A stretch of 55,722 nt of DNA, from positions 868,001-923,722 of the forward strand of contig JBDOQK010000004.1 in assembly GCA_040437565.1 (NCBI GenBank). The letters run 5' to 3'. Shown one piece after another: positions 50,726-55,722 of the stretch; the stretch's first letter is position 1, and each line of letters starts with the position of its first letter. The DNA comes from Albugo candida (Eukaryota). The position numbers were made by a program, and so were the translations under genes. Under the pieces are notes generated by a model. It had not been told where the DNA came from, searched no databases, and saw only the letters and a program-made list of their open reading frames with translations.

Positions 50726-53208
50726 GGGACCAATATTTTACAGGCTAAAGAAATGTTCCGCAGAGAGTTTAAAGGCTTACAAAGAAAGGAAGCTAATCAA
50801 GTGGCGTTGCGAGCTACGAGGTACAAGAACAAAGGTCCCCGTAGGGAATGGAATAGGATTAAGAAACTCCACAAAAAGGTCGATATCAAATGCTTTCATT
50901 GTAACAAGCTTGACATATGAAAAAGGATTGCTAGAAATTAACAATCAAAATAAAGAAAAGAGCGAACACGCTTTTTCTTCCTATGAAAGTAATCAGTGTG
51001 AATGGATACTACTGGATAGTGATGCATCTGGCCACATGCCATTCAATCAAAAAGATTTCATCCAGCTTCACCCGATGAAGAACCATGTCAACATATCAAT
51101 TGCAAATGGAGGGAAGCTAGAAGCAACGGGTATCGGAAATATACATTTGGCACTTCCAAATGGAGAAAAGATTCGCGTGGAAGATGTTATGTATGTTCCA
51201 AAGCTCGACAAACGACTCTTGTCAGTACTGCAATGAACAGAAAAGGTATACAAGTAACTTTTGGAAAGTCAAATTGTGAAATCAGCAGTGAAACGACAAA
51301 GATTATCACTAGTGAGCGCAGTGGAAAAGTATTCGTATCATATGGAATTATATCTGAAAGTGCTCTTTTTGACAAAGAGCAGCAACACACACTAGAAGCG
51401 AATGAAGAAATATGGCACGCAAGATTAGGACACATATCAAAATAGAGGATGGAAAAAGCTAAAAAGTACGTGACAGGATACAGAATTAAGGCTCAACAAA
51501 GCTATTTGGAAAACGAAAACGTTTTATCTGAAGGATGCTTGGATAGAAAAGCTTTTGTAAAACCTAAAATCAAGACAAAGAAAACTCTGGAATTAGTTCA
51601 TAGTGATGTCATGGGTCCAATGAGGAAAAAGTCACAAGGTGGTACAAGGTAGATGGTATCATTTATCGACGATTATTCCAGATATGTCAAAGCTTAATTC
51701 ATGAAATTCAAAACCGAAGTAGTGGACTCATTCAAAAACTACAAAGCGTTTATGGAAAATCAGACCAGTAAGGAAATCAAGAGCATCAGAACCGATAATG
51801 GCACAGAATATATGAAAAAATCATTTGGAGCAATATGTCTTGCAAATGGTATCCGACAGCAAACGACTGTTCCTTTCTCTCCGCAGCAAAACCAACTAGC
51901 TGAAAGGATGAACAGAAAATTGACGGAAAGTGCACGTTCAATGCTTTCACACATGAACTTGGATGAAATTTGGTGGGCGGAAGCAATGAATACAGCTACC
52001 TGTATTACAAATCGTCTACTGAGGGCATCAAACGGAATCAAAACACCTCGTGAAATCATGTTTGGAAACCGGATATCTCACATTTCATTATGTTTTGCTC
52101 ACCTGGATTTGCGCACGTCGACAAATCGGAAAGATCGAAATTCGAGAACAAGGGCGCTCCTTGTATTTTCTGGGCTAATTCGAAGATGCAAAAGGATATC
52201 GCATCGGGAATCAAAAACGAAGACGAATTGAGCTAACACGTTCGGCAACGTTTGAAGAAAAGACCCCGCTCAATTGTTGTAGAAATATTACACACAGATG
52301 GTAATGCAACAGACCAGGTTTTCGAAGATTCGGATAATGATGAAATCACACTTGATGCACGAAATGATTTTAATGATGTCTCGATGGAAAACATTGAAGA
52401 GAATAACGATCAAGGATGCCACGATACCGAATTGGAAGAAGACGAGGTTGACAGAAGCATTGTACCTAGGGGGAGCATAGATGGTTCGAATGGCTCGCCG
52501 TTATTTGTCCCATATAGGTCCAATACTGCACTACCGACTGGTACGAACGAGCAAGAAATAGTTACTTATGAACAATCAACGGCAATAGTACCATCACACG
52601 ATCGTCCATGAAAAATATACAGGATTGAATATGAGCAGGCAAACGCAGCATTAGAGACATCTGCGACATATGACGAAACAGTTCATTCTCCAGAAGGTAG
52701 ATTCTGGAAGCAAGCTATTGAAATTGAGCTGTCAGTATAAAAGAACATAATGGTTTGGACATGTGTAGATCGAATTCCGCTGAAGAAGGTCATTGGTACA
52801 AAATGGGTATTTACAATTATCAGAAAGGAGTACGGTAAAATTGACAGATACAAAGCCCGAGTAGTTGCTTGGATATAGACAAACGCATGGGGTGGACTAC
52901 ATGGAAACTTACTCGCCTGTGGCCAATATGAATTCAATTCGAGAATTTTTAGCTTATTGATGTCACATTGGAGCTTATATTCATCAATTTGATGTGTACG
53001 CGGCATTCTTAAATGGGAACTTGAAAGAAGAAGTGTATGTTTTTCTCCTAAAGGATTCAAAATTCGTTCAAACAAAGTTCTAAAATTAAATCGAAGCCTC
53101 AATGGATTGAAACAAGCTGCATCGACTTGGTACAAGACTATCTCAGACTTTAACATTGAAATGAACTTCAATCAGTGCAAGAAAGACCCCTGCATCTTTG
53201 TTAGACGA

Positions 53209-53962
53209 CAGGGTAAATCATTCTTACTGGTCACATTGTACGTTGATGATATACTCATTGGATCACAATGCAAGGATAGAATTGGCGATTTTTGACGATG
53301 AGTTATCAAAACATTTTAAGCTCAAGAAACTTGGCAATGTTCGATTCGTAGTTGGTATTGAAGTAAACTATGATCGACTGGAGAAAGTAATGTGTATCAG
53401 TCAGAAAGCAAGCGTATCGAGAATGGTCGAGAAATACAATCAAGTCAAAGCTAAAGAAGTTGCTAATCCTTGTATTAAAGACACTTCCTCACGAAAATCG
53501 AAACAAAAGATCAATTGGCTGATTTCTTAACGAAANNNNNNNNNNNNNNNNNNNNNNNNNNNNNNNNNNNNNNNNNNNNNNNNNNNNNNNNNNNNNNNNN
53601 NNNNNNNNNNNNNNNNNNNNNNNNNNNNNNNNNNNCAGGGTAAATCATTCTTACTGGTCACATTGTACGTTGATGATATACTCATTGGATCACAATGCAA
53701 GGATAGAATTGGCGATTTTTGACGATGAGTTATCAAAACATTTTAAGCTCAAGAAACTTGGCAATGTTCGATTCGTAGTTGGTATTGAAGTAAACTATGA
53801 TCGACTGGAGAAAGTAATGTGTATCAGTCAGAAAGCAAGCGTATCGAGAATGGTCGAGAAATACAATCAAGTCAAAGCTAAAGAAGTTGCTAATCCTTGT
53901 ATTAAAGACACTTCCTCACGAAAATCGAAACAAAAGATCAATTGGCTGATTTCTTAACGAAA
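53209..53962. repeat. Direct duplication 53209-53535 = 53636-53962 around gap 53536-53635
   Basis: 327 bp at offset 427. Confidence 0.9.
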
Positions 53963-55100
53963 GTCATTTCGACGAAACAATTCCAGCAATTGGTGCGGAA
54001 ATCAAACGTCTGGAATTGTGCATCGAAGAGTGTCGCAATGGCATCAGCCAATCATAAGATCGGAAAGTGGTTCTGCCAATCGGATGCTGATATTCGAGGT
54101 CAAGAAACAATGTAAAGACAGTGCATCATATTCCACCAATCAAGATTGATAGAGCGGAGCTTATAAGGCAATGCGTAAAGGCTAGGGCTTAGAATAGTAA
54201 CAACAACTAAGAACCGTAATATAATCACTTTCCCTTGTACCAACTAAAACAACATAAATACATATTGCACATTGTCAAAAGTAGACTGCGATTGATCTAC
54301 TATATAGCAGTCAAATGTAGAACGAAATTCCTAACCGATTCTCCCTACTCAATGCTTTCATTTGATGTTATTATCAAGCGACAACGCATTCGTAGGCTAA
54401 CAAAGGACATTTGAGCTTCTTTAAAAAGCATGTAATGAACTTTAAAAAAAGATTAATATTTATGAACTAAAAAAAGCTATACTATTCTACACTGACTTTG
54501 CTCGCTGAGTGACGCGGTTGTGCACGGAACAATATTACATCCAGCTCCTCAACTTCACTGGCTTCAATTGCGTCGGATGTAAGGAGTGGACCATTAAGAT
54601 CGTCTACGCGCTTTTTCACGGCTTGCAAGTCACTGGCAAGCTATTCCTATACTTGGTCATCCTGGCCTTGTTCAAGAATGAGCTCTTCCAGACGAAAATA
54701 GCGATCTTGGACTTGTCGCATGTGCCCATCATCTTCCACCACCGTTTCCAGATGACGCATCTGGTTATGTCGAGCCAACTCATTCCTGGCGTCCGCGTCA
54801 CTTTTAATGCGCTAAAAAAACGTCTCTTATTCACGCGTGGGACAAATCTCGTCTCCTCAACGAGATTTCCATTTGCGTCTATCTGCTGGTGCATCTTCCG
54901 GCAATGGCGACGCTAATTCCTTGCCACCATCGTCCTACGTCTAGCAAGAGAAGGAATAAGGCAGACCCCTCCAACATTACTTGATTCAGACATTGCGTTT
55001 GAACAATGAGTGTATTCGTCGTTTCGCCGAACGGTTTTATACACTATCCATTTTTGTTTTGAAAGCTAGGGTCCGTTTCGTCGCATTCAGAGAAGTGAAG

Positions 55101-55137
55101 GAATAATGAATAATGAATAAGGGTTTAGGGTTTAGGG
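55101..55137 (+). repeat. (GAATAAT)x~3 abutting an internal telomere seed GGG(TTTAGGG)2
   Basis: gaataat gaataat gaataa gggtttagggtttaggg. Confidence 0.9.
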
Positions 55138-55254
55138 TGCTGATATACGGGGAGAGATGCCCAGACGAGAACTGTGTAGACCCAAAGAGCTTGAGATTCT
55201 ATTAGAAAGTTAACACAGTAGTGAGAAGACTATACAATAGAGCTAATAGTCTAA

Positions 55255-55280
55255 TAGCGCACTTTCGCTGACTTCATCAG
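55255..55280 (-). ncRNA. Minimal type I hammerhead-ribozyme-like motif
   Basis: Minus strand reads CUGAUGA-A-G-UCAG-C-GAAA-G-UGCG-C-UA, inside inverted repeats (55245-55251 with 55287-55293; 55236-55243 with 55306-55313). Confidence 0.55.
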
Positions 55281-55337
55281 TGGGCCAACTATTGACACTC
55301 ACCTTGCTCTATCAATAACACTTGTGTAGTACAAGGT

Positions 55338-55492
55338 AAATTGAATAGTGAGCACGGAAATGCAAAATCGATGGCCAGGAGCGTCCGAGAAAGCTGATAG
55401 GCTTTTAACGGGCTCCAGAGGGCTCTCCGTTGGTCCATAAAGTCGTAAAAACTGCGCATTGGCTGTTAAGTAACGTGCTGGACGCGGATTGG
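55338..55492 (-). promoter_or_regulatory. Centromere-facing Pol II-type promoter: INR-FPR (55338-55353) and two CCAAT boxes (55458-55462, 55488-55492)
   Basis: GCTCACTATTCAATTT versus oomycete consensus GCTCAYTYYNCAWTTT (1 mismatch). CCAAT boxes ~110 and ~140 nt upstream on the same strand. Confidence 0.55.
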
Positions 55493-55658
55493 CGGAAATA
55501 ACGGGTGGCGTAGCCAGGAGGAAAGGTGTTGCTGGGATGTGGTGGGAATGTATCGGGTACCGGTTGTGCCATCAGGAGTGAGGAGGAATATGAAGGCTCC
55601 CAGCAATTCACGGTACTATTGGTGTGGATATGTGTGTGAGGGCATATAGAGGTGCATG

Positions 55659-55722
55659 GGGTTTAGGGTTTAGGGTTTAGGGTTTAGGGTTTAGGGTTTA
55701 GGGTTTAGGGTTTAGGGTTTAG
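55659..55722 (+). repeat. Telomere (TTTAGGG)n, chromosome end
   Basis: GGG + 8 perfect TTTAGGG units + TTTAG running to the window end, G-rich strand 5'->3' towards the terminus. Confidence 0.97.

Larger units (their letters stand above)
50560..53962 (+). mobile_element. Ty1/Copia LTR retrotransposon, degenerate gag-pol, truncated before RNase H
   Basis: gag EALGDGIREDEKLVILLGRL; Zn knuckle CFHCNKL..HMKKDC; protease WILLDSDASGHM; WHARLGH; integrase LELVHSDVMGP/IRTDNGTEY/AERMNR; RT KWVF...RYKARVVA and LYVDDILI. Order PR-IN-RT. Confidence 0.95.

Noticed and set aside
55068-55095. Second hammerhead-like string (minus strand CUGAAUGCGACGAAACGGAC)
   Set aside because: The CUGANGA box is incomplete and no helix III/UH closure is evident; at best a degenerate relic.
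55121-55137. Telomerase RNA template as the primary call
   Set aside because: About 2.4 repeats is longer than typical templates, and a position 520 bp from the terminus in telomere orientation is more simply an old end or element junction. Kept only as an alternative.
55405-55611. 68-aa ORF next to the telomere
   Set aside because: Short, GTG start, low-complexity Pro/Ser content from C-rich strand bias, and it overlaps the putative promoter.
1-55722. Plant origin suggested by TTTAGGG
   Set aside because: Outer-arm dynein, oomycete INR-FPR promoters, RXLR/CCG-like proteins and compact gene spacing point to an oomycete, which uses the same telomere repeat.

Overview
Eukaryotic chromosome end, most likely from an oomycete and possibly Albugo (white rust). 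The inference rests on the terminal (TTTAGGG)n telomere, oomycete INR-FPR core promoters, an axonemal dynein remnant, and CxxC...G (CCG-like) and RXLR-like secreted proteins. The window is a gene-sparse subtelomere with four components. (i) A few apparently intact candidate secreted/effector genes: a 284-aa orphan, a 504-aa CCG-like protein, and a two-exon 300-aa QTLR-EER protein with a CYSTM-like Cys-rich tail. (ii) Many decayed genes: CCG-like relics, ankyrin+FYVE-like, CEP164-like, WDR4/TRM82, CCDC43-like, outer-arm dynein heavy chain and a tRNA-Arg-like copy. (iii) Degenerate transposons: 2 Copia, 2 Gypsy, 2 pogo, MULE, PIF/Harbinger and Tc1. (iv) Seven 100-N gaps, six flanked by direct duplications that look identical and are probably assembly overlaps. 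The most striking unexplained structure is the last ~540 bp before the telomere. This unit lies between a short internal telomere seed and the terminal telomere. On its centromere-facing strand it carries CCAAT boxes, an INR-FPR promoter, a minimal hammerhead-ribozyme-like motif and 3' C-strand telomere repeats. This resembles a non-coding, telomere-attached Penelope-like retroelement unit. All family assignments are from recalled motifs and manual reading; no searches were run.
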